Of a stretch of 64,000 nt of DNA, positions 30,688-38,636 are shown in pieces. The notes beneath the pieces are model-generated. The model ran no database searches and had not been told where the DNA came from. It saw nothing but the letters and a program-made list of their open reading frames with translations. Each line of letters starts with the position of its first letter. The first letter of the stretch is position 1. Made by a program: the position numbers and the translations under genes. Source of the stretch: a virus; the IMG/VR virus record IMGVR_UViG_3300035698_006513. One strand, written 5' to 3'.

Positions 30688-31187
30688 TTATCTCCTGCAA
30701 CAGGGGTCACGTATGGGAGATTATGCGTATTAGCAAGATACTCAGGTACCTCTATAACAAGATTCTCCCACGCACCTTCTTCTTGACTAATAGAGTCTAT
30801 ATGTACTACGCGGTACGATCCTCTCTGTAGGGATATTTTGCGTCTACTGAAATAAGCAGTATCGGCTCCACGGGTCTCTATGTATAATTTAGAGCAAGTA
30901 ACGCGTACAAACGCTGCCTCATCGCCGCCACCAGATAGATCTAATGGAATGTTGACGTCATCCAACTCAGGCTGATACGTCGACGAAGACTTGCTTTCTT
31001 TCTTTATGACTATTTCCGCGGGATCGGACTTAACATACTCAACAACTTCATTGACATCAAATCTAATCTTAGACCCAACTCGGAAGAAGGGGTAACCATA
31101 CGTCTGTACGCATCTATCCAGGGTACGAACTGAGATGCCAAGTATCCCGGACATTCCCTTACGGTCCACTATATGTAAACCACTCAT
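30684..31187 (-). CDS. Excisionase/MerR-type HTH DNA-binding protein
   Basis: RKGMSGILGISVRTLDRCVQTYGYPFFRVGSKIRFDVNEVVEYV. Confidence 0.8.
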   Translation of the reverse strand: MSGLHIVDRKGMSGILGISVRTLDRCVQTYGYPFFRVGSKIRFDVNEVVEYVKSDPAEIVIKKESKSSSTYQPELDDVNIPLDLSGGGDEAAFVRVTCSKLYIETRGADTAYFSRRKISLQRGSYRVVHIDSISQEEGAWENLVIEVPEYLANTHNLPYVTPVAGDK

Positions 31188-31312
31188 ATCAACCTCACGT
31201 TTGGCAAAGCCACTTTGCCAAAATTCTTCGCTTTTGGGTCAGCTACTACAATTAAAATATTATATCGGGGGGAGTGACGTCATATACCCGCACCTCTGAA
31301 TATTGCACGGTA

Positions 31313-31702
31313 CTACTCTGCCTCGAGGAAGTCTGTATGCAACTCACTGATAATAATGGGGGGGGTATTGGATCGATGGTCGTCGTATACTAGGCGTATA
31401 TTACCTTTGGGTATACGTTCTTCATAAAAAATGTTTGCGCCTAGGAGTGTGTCATGTACCCATTTTCCTTCGCGGTACAACTCTTCTAAGACTAATTCAG
31501 ATAGCTCATCCACATCCCACGACAGCATGTGCCTAGCTAAGGCTTCTGGGCTGTGTGCCGCAAATAAAACATGCTCCCTGATTCCCTGTTCCAGTGTAGG
31601 GTTCAATGATATTAGCTCAAGTGCAACTCCGTGCAGCGCTACTACATCCGCTTTCTTAGCAAATGTCTCACCATTTCCCTTACGGTTGATAATAAGACTC
31701 AT
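31313..31702 (-). CDS. Hypothetical protein
   Basis: RBS; 129 aa. Confidence 0.6.
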   Translation of the reverse strand: MSLIINRKGNGETFAKKADVVALHGVALELISLNPTLEQGIREHVLFAAHSPEALARHMLSWDVDELSELVLEELYREGKWVHDTLLGANIFYEERIPKGNIRLVYDDHRSNTPPIIISELHTDFLEAE

Positions 31703-31732
31703 AGTAATTCTTCCTTGTGTATTAGAGGTTAA

Positions 31733-32227
31733 TTATTTAGGGGTTGTATGAATGGTATAGGTAAAAAAGGAGGGTGTAAATAAGAAACGGGGTGAGCACT
31801 TATCATAATCATCAAAGTGCTCGGTGTACCAGGCTCGAGAAAAGTTATTAGATGCCCTAGTGCTGACGCAGACCCTTTTTCTGCAGCTGTCCTTAGGGCA
31901 GCTGGTGTTCGATGATTCCGTGTAGGGCGTAACTTTAGGTTTATTTGCCTGGTACGGGCAATACCTGCGCACTGTGAACTTTGTGCGCTCCTCTCTAGGT
32001 TTTATAATCTTGTCTTTACCCTTAAGATCTAATGTGTAGGCGTAATGTCGCCAATAAGGGGCTAAATCTAATATATTCGTCTGCGGTACCTTCACTACCT
32101 TTGGTATGGACGCACCAACAAGTATACTGTGAAAATCGATTACTAAAGCCACCGATAATGTAAATGATACCAGCACGAATAAACATGCGTGGAAGTCAGT
32201 CATAGGTTTTCGGGGTTCCAGTTTCAT
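31733..32227 (-). CDS. Membrane-anchored, Cys-containing basic protein
   Basis: TM CLFVLVSFTLSVALVI; AAGGAG RBS. Confidence 0.55.
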   Translation of the reverse strand: MKLEPRKPMTDFHACLFVLVSFTLSVALVIDFHSILVGASIPKVVKVPQTNILDLAPYWRHYAYTLDLKGKDKIIKPREERTKFTVRRYCPYQANKPKVTPYTESSNTSCPKDSCRKRVCVSTRASNNFSRAWYTEHFDDYDKCSPRFLFTPSFFTYTIHTTPK

Positions 32228-32537
32228 TAGATTTAGCTCCTTATTGAGGACACTAATATAAATGTTGTGCAAAGGGTGAGTTGAGGACTGCTTCTTTCCT
32301 CACCACGGCAAGTATCCCAGTGCGATTCTGAGTCTGGTCCGCCGCACAACACTATACGGGAGTGCAAATCCCGTCAACAGCCCAAACCTAGAGGGAATAA
32401 GGGCTGGGTTTTTAGTAAGACAATCCCAAGTTTTGACTACTGACACAGCAAAAACTTTAGTTTATAGGGGGATAATCCCACAAACATAGGAGTGCCCAGT
32501 TTCATGTACGAAGCTGATTAGGGGGATGACTCGTACA

Positions 32538-32617
32538 TGGTGGATACGACAGGAATTGAACCTGTGACCGACTATGACCAACTGACCATAGCTGCTCACC
32601 AATTGAGCTACGTGCCC
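32538..32617 (-). ncRNA. tRNA-like RNA with enlarged anticodon arm and encoded CCA
   Basis: GGGCACG/CGTATCC-A-CCA acceptor, D arm GCTC/GAGC, T arm ACAGG-TTCAATT-CCTGT; anticodon region 5 nt too long. Confidence 0.75.
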
Positions 32618-32775
32618 ATTAAGATGCGTGTCCCGTTTAGGGAATTGAGCCCTAACATAGTCCTGACTGCCACCACCCGTGTAATGAGGACAGTGTAAGC
32701 AGACTACCTAGATAAAGCCTTCAGTATATAACGCTACACGGCGGTACATAAAGATGACTCACCTCGGAACATAAG

Positions 32776-32849
32776 TTGCGGAAGCGGGATTTGAACCCAC
32801 GACCTCGTGGTTATGAGCCACACGCGCTACCAGACTGCGCTATTCCGCA
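32776..32849 (-). tRNA. tRNA-Met (CAT), initiator-like body
   Basis: TGCGGAA/TTCCGCA acceptor; TGTGG-CTCATAA-CCACG anticodon arm; GTGGG-TTCAAAT-CCCGC T arm. Confidence 0.9.
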
Positions 32850-32855
32850 AAAAAA

Positions 32856-32919
32856 CGTCTCGATATAGGATTTGAACCTACCTTCACCGGTATTCTAAGC
32901 CCGATTGAACTACCGAGAC
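32856..32919 (-). ncRNA. 64-nt tRNA-like RNA lacking an anticodon arm
   Basis: GTCTCGG/TCGAGAC acceptor, D arm GTTC/GAAT, T arm GTAGG-TTCAAAT-CCTAT, only 10 nt (ACCGGTGAAG) between D and T arms. Confidence 0.7.
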
Positions 32920-32929
32920 ATATAAAAAG

Positions 32930-33003
32930 TACCTAGGGTGGGAATCGAACCCACACTTTTAGGATTTTAAATCCTATACGTCTACCGCTTGCGTGACCTA
33001 GGT
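32930..33003 (-). tRNA. tRNA-Leu (TAA) with short variable loop
   Basis: ACCTAGG/CCTAGGT acceptor; TAGGA-TTTAAAA-TCCTA; variable loop AAAGT; GTGGG-TTCGATT-CCCAC. Confidence 0.85.
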
Positions 33004-33369
33004 GTGCGACGTGAGACATAACGTCGACTTTCCTTCAATCCGAAACTATAGTCTCGTAAGATGGCGGACAAGGTCCATCAGTTTAAGTAAGCCCAATCCT
33101 AAATATGGTGCGCTGAGTTCGGCATACTCACCTTCAGCCTAGTAACACAGGCACGCATCATTTCTTAAAAACTCTTATTCTATTACTCAGTGTATGTGTT
33201 GTTTATATACACTGGTGTAGTTAGGTGAATCCTGTTGTAAAGTTGGGGCGCATCGGGAATACTCCTTGTTCTGTCACAACTGGGGGCACTGCATGTCAAA
33301 CTCAATATACGCGGTTAGGACAATCTTCCAAAAAGTCTAATCTGTCTACGAAATGACATGCGATGTCTA

Positions 33370-33401
33370 CAAGATGACACACTGTGACTACTTGTGTCAA
33401 C
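33370..33401 (-). promoter_or_regulatory. Sigma70-like promoter candidate for tRNA cluster
   Basis: TTGACA with upstream A tracts, 17-18 nt spacer, weak -10 (TG-TCATCTT). Confidence 0.4.
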
Positions 33402-33419
33402 TATTTTTTGGATCTTTTT

Positions 33420-33950
33420 TTATTTTGTTCTGAACAGGCTACCCAGTAAGGTCCATTCGTACGAGGATATGTTCCCCGAATGGATAGGTACCGCATCAAC
33501 CGATTTCTTCACAGTAATCGTAATGTTATCGCTAGTAACCCTGACTACACACCAATGGCACTCTTGCTCCAAACCTTCCGGAGTGAATTGCAGTAGCATG
33601 TCATGTGGGCGAGACGCGTTGTCTGAGTCATCACAGTCTATAAGAGACAGTCGTCTATACTGATCCTTATCCACTTCTACCAGCGCATATGGCTGATGCT
33701 CACCATCATGAACCAGATCACTAGGCTCATCACCGCTGGTAGTAGCGTCCTCTATAATGTAGGAGGGTATACTATCAAAACGTGCGTTGGCTACGTCCCT
33801 CCTTACCTCTTGAGCCACCTGTAGCCACATTCGTTTACTTATGCGTATCCCAATCTTCACATCGATATTGTCGTAATCCTCTCGCAGTGGAGCTACTAAT
33901 ACAAAGTACGGTTCGTTGTCTGTGTCTCTGGGTAGTGTGACTTTTCTCAT
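33420..33950 (-). CDS. Paralog-family protein (array 1; lacks C-terminal tag)
   Basis: FVLVAPL...IGIRISKRMW N-terminal motif. Confidence 0.6.
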   Translation of the reverse strand: MRKVTLPRDTDNEPYFVLVAPLREDYDNIDVKIGIRISKRMWLQVAQEVRRDVANARFDSIPSYIIEDATTSGDEPSDLVHDGEHQPYALVEVDKDQYRRLSLIDCDDSDNASRPHDMLLQFTPEGLEQECHWCVVRVTSDNITITVKKSVDAVPIHSGNISSYEWTLLGSLFRTK

Positions 33951-34315
33951 TATGATGATTCCTTATTGAGGTTCTCTGTTTTGAGTGCACGATCAAACTT
34001 ACCATTAAGGAAGGTGATGACTTTTCCTCGCTCACCTTGACGCTTAACCCACTCACACATAGGTACGAACATCTCTTTACAGATGATCCAGTACTTCTTG
34101 CCTAATGCTTCCTTAGCGTTTTCTTCTGGTACAACTTCAGACAATGCACGACTCAGCCACCCAAGTTCTGTATGAGAGACTACTCCATTGAAAAAGGTTC
34201 TCACCAATTCGCGCGAGCTGCGCATAGGTGTATCGCCATTATTGTAGGTATCTTCTGGGAGTACCGTGTCTGGTCCCAAACCAAAAATTAGTGTACTCAT
34301 AGTATCTCCTAACAA
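33950..34315 (-). CDS. Hypothetical protein
   Basis: AGGAG RBS; no family motif seen. Confidence 0.65.
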   Translation of the reverse strand: MLGDTMSTLIFGLGPDTVLPEDTYNNGDTPMRSSRELVRTFFNGVVSHTELGWLSRALSEVVPEENAKEALGKKYWIICKEMFVPMCEWVKRQGERGKVITFLNGKFDRALKTENLNKESS

Positions 34316-34369
34316 GTTGAAATATAAGGCTTCTCCTACAGACGCCTCTTACTCACTTATTACGTATTC

Positions 34370-34789
34370 CTACAGTAGTATACTCATAGGTAATGAAGGT
34401 GGTGCGTATGTAGGAGAAAAAGTACTCTCTCCGAAAGTTAGGATGCACTCCACCGAATAATAACGACTTGCAGTCGCAGCGCCGTGCCATGCAATGTACG
34501 GGATACCACGGTGCAATATTACTCTCCTCGATAAATATTTGTTAGGTAGCACCGTGGTACTCCACCTATCTGATGAATCCTTTATTACTATAGTGAGAGT
34601 GTCTACTTGCATATGTGGGTAGATACAGACCCTGTCAACCGTAGGAAACATGGATATTTCAGGTCTAGCCGTATCTATATCGCTCTTTATACACCGCCAG
34701 GTGTGTATATCTAGTCCTACTCCTATAGTACCTTTACCTGTCGCAGGAACGAGTATTACGTGCTCCCCGTTTCTAGGCATAACATTCAT
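34370..34789 (-). CDS. Paralog-family protein (array 1)
   Basis: VILVPATGKGTIGVGLD; ends SLPMSILL; ATGA overlap sets start at 34789. Confidence 0.7.
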   Translation of the reverse strand: MNVMPRNGEHVILVPATGKGTIGVGLDIHTWRCIKSDIDTARPEISMFPTVDRVCIYPHMQVDTLTIVIKDSSDRWSTTVLPNKYLSRRVILHRGIPYIAWHGAATASRYYSVECILTFGESTFSPTYAPPSLPMSILL

Positions 34790-35277
34790 AGTAACCTCGT
34801 TGCTGGCAGTTGAATACGGGATGGTTCTTCTCGTGTCTGCATATATTCGTTCCATATAAGTTGCATATCGCCTATATCTATCCTCTTCGATATATGACCC
34901 CCGCACGAAATACTCCACTGGTTGCGCTGAAAGCATATTTGTTTAGGCGCTCTGTGCTGAGATAGACTTCTTATCTTAGATATGTCTTTCATCTTGTATA
35001 ATGTGTTAGTACATAAGCCGTAGAAACCTAGATTACCGCTAATATGAAACGCGGAGTTGAAGTCTAAATCATAATGACCGTAGTATCCCGCTTCCATGCC
35101 CTCTGTAATAATGGTCATTATGGTATCCCACACGAAGGGAAGGAACTTAATAACGAACACAGGGTCATGTGACAGACCCTGTGTTAGTACAACCAAGTCA
35201 TTTCTCTTTGGGAGTGTCCATACTTCTTTTATGGACTTCGTCAGACTGTGCCTATATTCAGGGTACTCTCGATTCAT
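34786..35277 (-). CDS. Paralog-family protein (array 1)
   Basis: Ends RIQLPATRLL. Confidence 0.7.
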   Translation of the reverse strand: MNREYPEYRHSLTKSIKEVWTLPKRNDLVVLTQGLSHDPVFVIKFLPFVWDTIMTIITEGMEAGYYGHYDLDFNSAFHISGNLGFYGLCTNTLYKMKDISKIRSLSQHRAPKQICFQRNQWSISCGGHISKRIDIGDMQLIWNEYMQTREEPSRIQLPATRLL

Positions 35278-36143
35278 ATGAGACCTCCTATATTACGAGG
35301 TAATTTAACCTCGCCTAAGTCTTCCGCTTCTTTGTCATCTTCGGGACCATCTTCCCCACCGTATATAGTTATCCTTCCAGCGTTCTCCATAGCGGATAGT
35401 TGGTTGAGTCTACCCATATTTATATGGGCCATAGTTCTCCACAGAGATCCGAGCTCATCTGCGGTAGCTCGGATCTCTCCACTTGCAGCGTCTAGGCTAG
35501 GTACAACTGCTACATTTTCTTCTACATAGCTACAAAAAGAGTCGAAAATAGAACTATTGCTAAGCTCACCTATGACCGGTGTGGGTGGCGTAAGCCGTGC
35601 TGGTCCGCGATGTAGAAACTCCCCCGGTACCTGCATAGCTGCCATGATTGCGTCCGAAGTGTAAATGTCGTTATCGGGACCTGACGCCCTAACATTAGAT
35701 AGATCTACAGTGGCACCGATATGCGGTGCATTTACCCGCTCAAAGTCTACTACTCCACGCGAAGGTACTGTAAGGAATGTCTCATAGCTGTGTGGTGTGG
35801 TGGAGTATAACTCGCCCCCAACTCGCACCTCCCACACCAAGTACCGTGTATGAAACACACAGTGCAATTTCTCCAGTACATATGATACGCGAGGCGCTCC
35901 CGGATTTCTGGTAACTACACTAACCGGAACATCTAAAGTACTGCAGTCATCCTCAATCCTCACTGTTCCAAGATCACTATGTTCTGCAGATAGCGTGGAT
36001 AGAAACGTTTCTATTATGTTGAAGCTATTAAATTGTACATCAGATATTCTTACACGTAGACTGAAATCCGCAACACTCCCATCCTCAGTACGTACAGGCA
36101 TCAATATGCTTCTACATAGCCCTGACACTCTAAATACACTCAT
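35274..36143 (-). CDS. Paralog-family protein, extended (array 1)
   Basis: SILMPV...LRVRISD; ends EVKLPRNIGGLI. Confidence 0.7.
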   Translation of the reverse strand: MSVFRVSGLCRSILMPVRTEDGSVADFSLRVRISDVQFNSFNIIETFLSTLSAEHSDLGTVRIEDDCSTLDVPVSVVTRNPGAPRVSYVLEKLHCVFHTRYLVWEVRVGGELYSTTPHSYETFLTVPSRGVVDFERVNAPHIGATVDLSNVRASGPDNDIYTSDAIMAAMQVPGEFLHRGPARLTPPTPVIGELSNSSIFDSFCSYVEENVAVVPSLDAASGEIRATADELGSLWRTMAHINMGRLNQLSAMENAGRITIYGGEDGPEDDKEAEDLGEVKLPRNIGGLI

Positions 36144-36241
36144 GCCATCTCCTTACTTTTATGTAAAACACAAACATCTCGAAAAGAACATTGATCTAAA
36201 TGTTTGTTATCTACCTCTTCTGCCCATTTCACCGTACGTAA

Positions 36242-36796
36242 TTATAGTGTTACGTGAGGAATGTGTAATTGGTGTGGTACTTGCTCCATAAGGCAAGACA
36301 TCTCAGGTAATGCCAGGACAACACTGCGAGAATGTCTCGCAGTGTTTACTACACATCCGTGTAGCAGAACTGACCACCAAAGTTCTCCCTCTTTTCCGAA
36401 ATGCAGGTAAGCACTTGTGTGATTCACTACAGTTCTAACGCGAATACTTGCCCATTCAAATGCACTAGACGATGCGCTACTACCCGCCTCGCCACATAGG
36501 TACTCAAGAGATGTACCAGAGTACATATCCAGTATCATATTATGTTCAACGCTACCGAACTTAACCACAAAACCTTGTTTGTTTACATTATACGCGTGTG
36601 TCAGGCTCGTAAACGGTATATTCTGATGATGAGATTTACTCTCTTTACTCATACGTGCAGCAGCATCACTCATTTCAACTAAATACATGATCTTGTCGAG
36701 TGTCAACTTTACGTACACAGCGTATTCCACTCTATTACCCCGTCTTTGTGGCCCATCACTTTCTGCTCTCAAACCCAACCTGATATACTTAGCCAT
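36242..36796 (-). CDS. Paralog-family protein (array 1)
   Basis: VYVKLTLDKIMYL; ends QLHIPHVTL. Confidence 0.7.
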   Translation of the reverse strand: MAKYIRLGLRAESDGPQRRGNRVEYAVYVKLTLDKIMYLVEMSDAAARMSKESKSHHQNIPFTSLTHAYNVNKQGFVVKFGSVEHNMILDMYSGTSLEYLCGEAGSSASSSAFEWASIRVRTVVNHTSAYLHFGKEGELWWSVLLHGCVVNTARHSRSVVLALPEMSCLMEQVPHQLHIPHVTL

Positions 36797-36861
36797 ATCA
36801 TCTCCTTGCGAAACACCTATCCTAGTGTTTTTGTTAATCTATAGCACAAAGCGAAACTTCT

Positions 36862-37380
36862 CTAAACTACCACAATGGGAATATGAGGCTCTTGGAGTAT
36901 CTCCTGTACCTCTTGCTCTATGTGCTCTACTAATTTTAGTAGAAAATCTAGAGCCGTCCTCGTAAGTCCCGCGGATACACCTTTATCTATAGAGACGCGT
37001 AAACTATTTTCTAAGGAACGTACGCGTAATATAGGAATGACGATATCACCCCTCTTAGGGTCGTACTCAGTATAAGCGGCGTAAGAAGAGTTGTACTTTA
37101 TCTCTAATGTTCCCGATCTATCTATAGCTACCACCGTTCGTAACGGAGTATTGTTAAATAGACCAGGGCAGAATACCCCGTCTGAGTGGCAATTACGCAT
37201 CCTGCCTTGCATTACAAGATCCACAAACATCTCCGCGCGCCTCATATCACTGCCCGAACCGCGCATGAAGTTATAAGATGCGTCCATGATACTTAGTAGA
37301 CCACGTACCCCATCCGCAGTAAGGTCTAATATCAGTGTACGCTGTCCTCTAGTAGGTATACATACTCTCACGGTGTTCAT
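36862..37380 (-). CDS. Paralog-family protein (array 1)
   Basis: VRVCIPTRGQRTLILDLTADGVRGL; ends EPHIPIVVV. Confidence 0.75.
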   Translation of the reverse strand: MNTVRVCIPTRGQRTLILDLTADGVRGLLSIMDASYNFMRGSGSDMRRAEMFVDLVMQGRMRNCHSDGVFCPGLFNNTPLRTVVAIDRSGTLEIKYNSSYAAYTEYDPKRGDIVIPILRVRSLENSLRVSIDKGVSAGLTRTALDFLLKLVEHIEQEVQEILQEPHIPIVVV

Positions 37381-37386
37381 AATAAC

Positions 37387-37914
37387 TCATGGCCTCACTA
37401 ACGGTAATTGTACTGTGGGTACAATATTATCTCGTTCAAGTCTCAGGCAAGACAGGACTATAGCTATCTCTTCTGGAAATATCTGCTCCGATTTTCCTAA
37501 ACCATCCACCTCCCAGTGCACACACTCACTAGAGAACACTATAGATGAGTTAGTATCTTCGTACTCCTCTACACCATCACACACATTACCCTGCGTCACT
37601 CCAACTACATCGCCATTGGTACCTGTATCCACACCTACGGATATAGAGTACAATGACCTATTTTGCATATACCCAGGCAGGTATATATAAGGAGCACGTC
37701 TAATTATCACTCCGCTATTTTCGTACTTTGTTGCGTACAGACGCAACTGACGTAATGCGTAGTTATAATATATATCTATCATATTCGTTATCATGTGCGT
37801 CCACATAGTCAGCTGTGGCTTATCTACCCTGTGCAATAGAGTGTGCTCTGTGCCTATAGGAACTGCCATCATCATTGTAGGAAAGTTATCACTATCTTGT
37901 GGCAAATCAGTCAT
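37387..37914 (-). CDS. Paralog-family protein (array 1)
   Basis: MMAVPIGTEHTLLHRVD; ends TVQLPLVRP. Confidence 0.7.
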   Translation of the reverse strand: MTDLPQDSDNFPTMMMAVPIGTEHTLLHRVDKPQLTMWTHMITNMIDIYYNYALRQLRLYATKYENSGVIIRRAPYIYLPGYMQNRSLYSISVGVDTGTNGDVVGVTQGNVCDGVEEYEDTNSSIVFSSECVHWEVDGLGKSEQIFPEEIAIVLSCLRLERDNIVPTVQLPLVRP

Positions 37915-38545
37915 ACTTATAATCCTCTACACCCTGCAGTACAGCAAACCTGTGTATACGAATCCACTGTTCGTCTAGTCTTGCGTCTGATGCGTCCAGA
38001 TTATATGGACCAGTAAACGCACTCTCTACGAAATCTCGTAAAAACTCCCCTCCTACGATAGGCTGAGGTGTGTTTGTGTGCTTCAACATCAGATTTATTG
38101 TGGATGACGCTGTATTATCTGCGTGCGGATATGAGTAATCTAGGTCTACGCGTTTCATACCCATACCTGCGTACCACTTTGCCTGTCTGTCCTTTGCCTC
38201 CAATACAATCCAATCAAATTGCGGATGGTTTGCGTACGAGTTTACTACATACGAAAACACCTCTGACCCATATCCACGTCCTTGTACGGTTGTGCACATA
38301 GACAGGTATGACAGCAGTACGTATTTGTGTTTGATGTTCTCGTGCACTACGTAAAAACCTATTATACCCGTCTTCATTCGCACAATATACACTTTATACA
38401 CTTTCTTGCGGACAGATTCTGTCATACTGCGGATAGATTCACGTTCCCGTGCAGGAAAGACGTCTCCGTACATAGAAATAAACGTTGACCATGTGAATCC
38501 GTACGCTTTATGTAGCTGTTTTATCGTTAAACGTCCCATACTCAT
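37907..38545 (-). CDS. GNAT-family N-acetyltransferase
   Basis: Acetyl-CoA motif LSYLSMCTTVQGRGYGSEVF; IVLE; WYAGMG. Confidence 0.85.
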   Translation of the reverse strand: MSMGRLTIKQLHKAYGFTWSTFISMYGDVFPARERESIRSMTESVRKKVYKVYIVRMKTGIIGFYVVHENIKHKYVLLSYLSMCTTVQGRGYGSEVFSYVVNSYANHPQFDWIVLEAKDRQAKWYAGMGMKRVDLDYSYPHADNTASSTINLMLKHTNTPQPIVGGEFLRDFVESAFTGPYNLDASDARLDEQWIRIHRFAVLQGVEDYKYD

Positions 38546-38636
38546 CCCCTATTGGTTATAGTTGTACGACATCTTGTACCTGTTACGTCCCGCAATATTA
38601 TTCTCTATTGCTTATAATTAAGGTAGCGGATATTAT

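Noticed and set aside
32360-32390. Cobalamin riboswitch (GGGAGTGCAAATCCC) linked to nrdJ
   Set aside because: Only one hairpin matches; the B12 box and other core elements are absent, and it is far from nrdJ.
33060-33165. Hammerhead ribozyme (CTGATG / CTGAAG)
   Set aside because: The required CUGANGA...GAAA core is incomplete.
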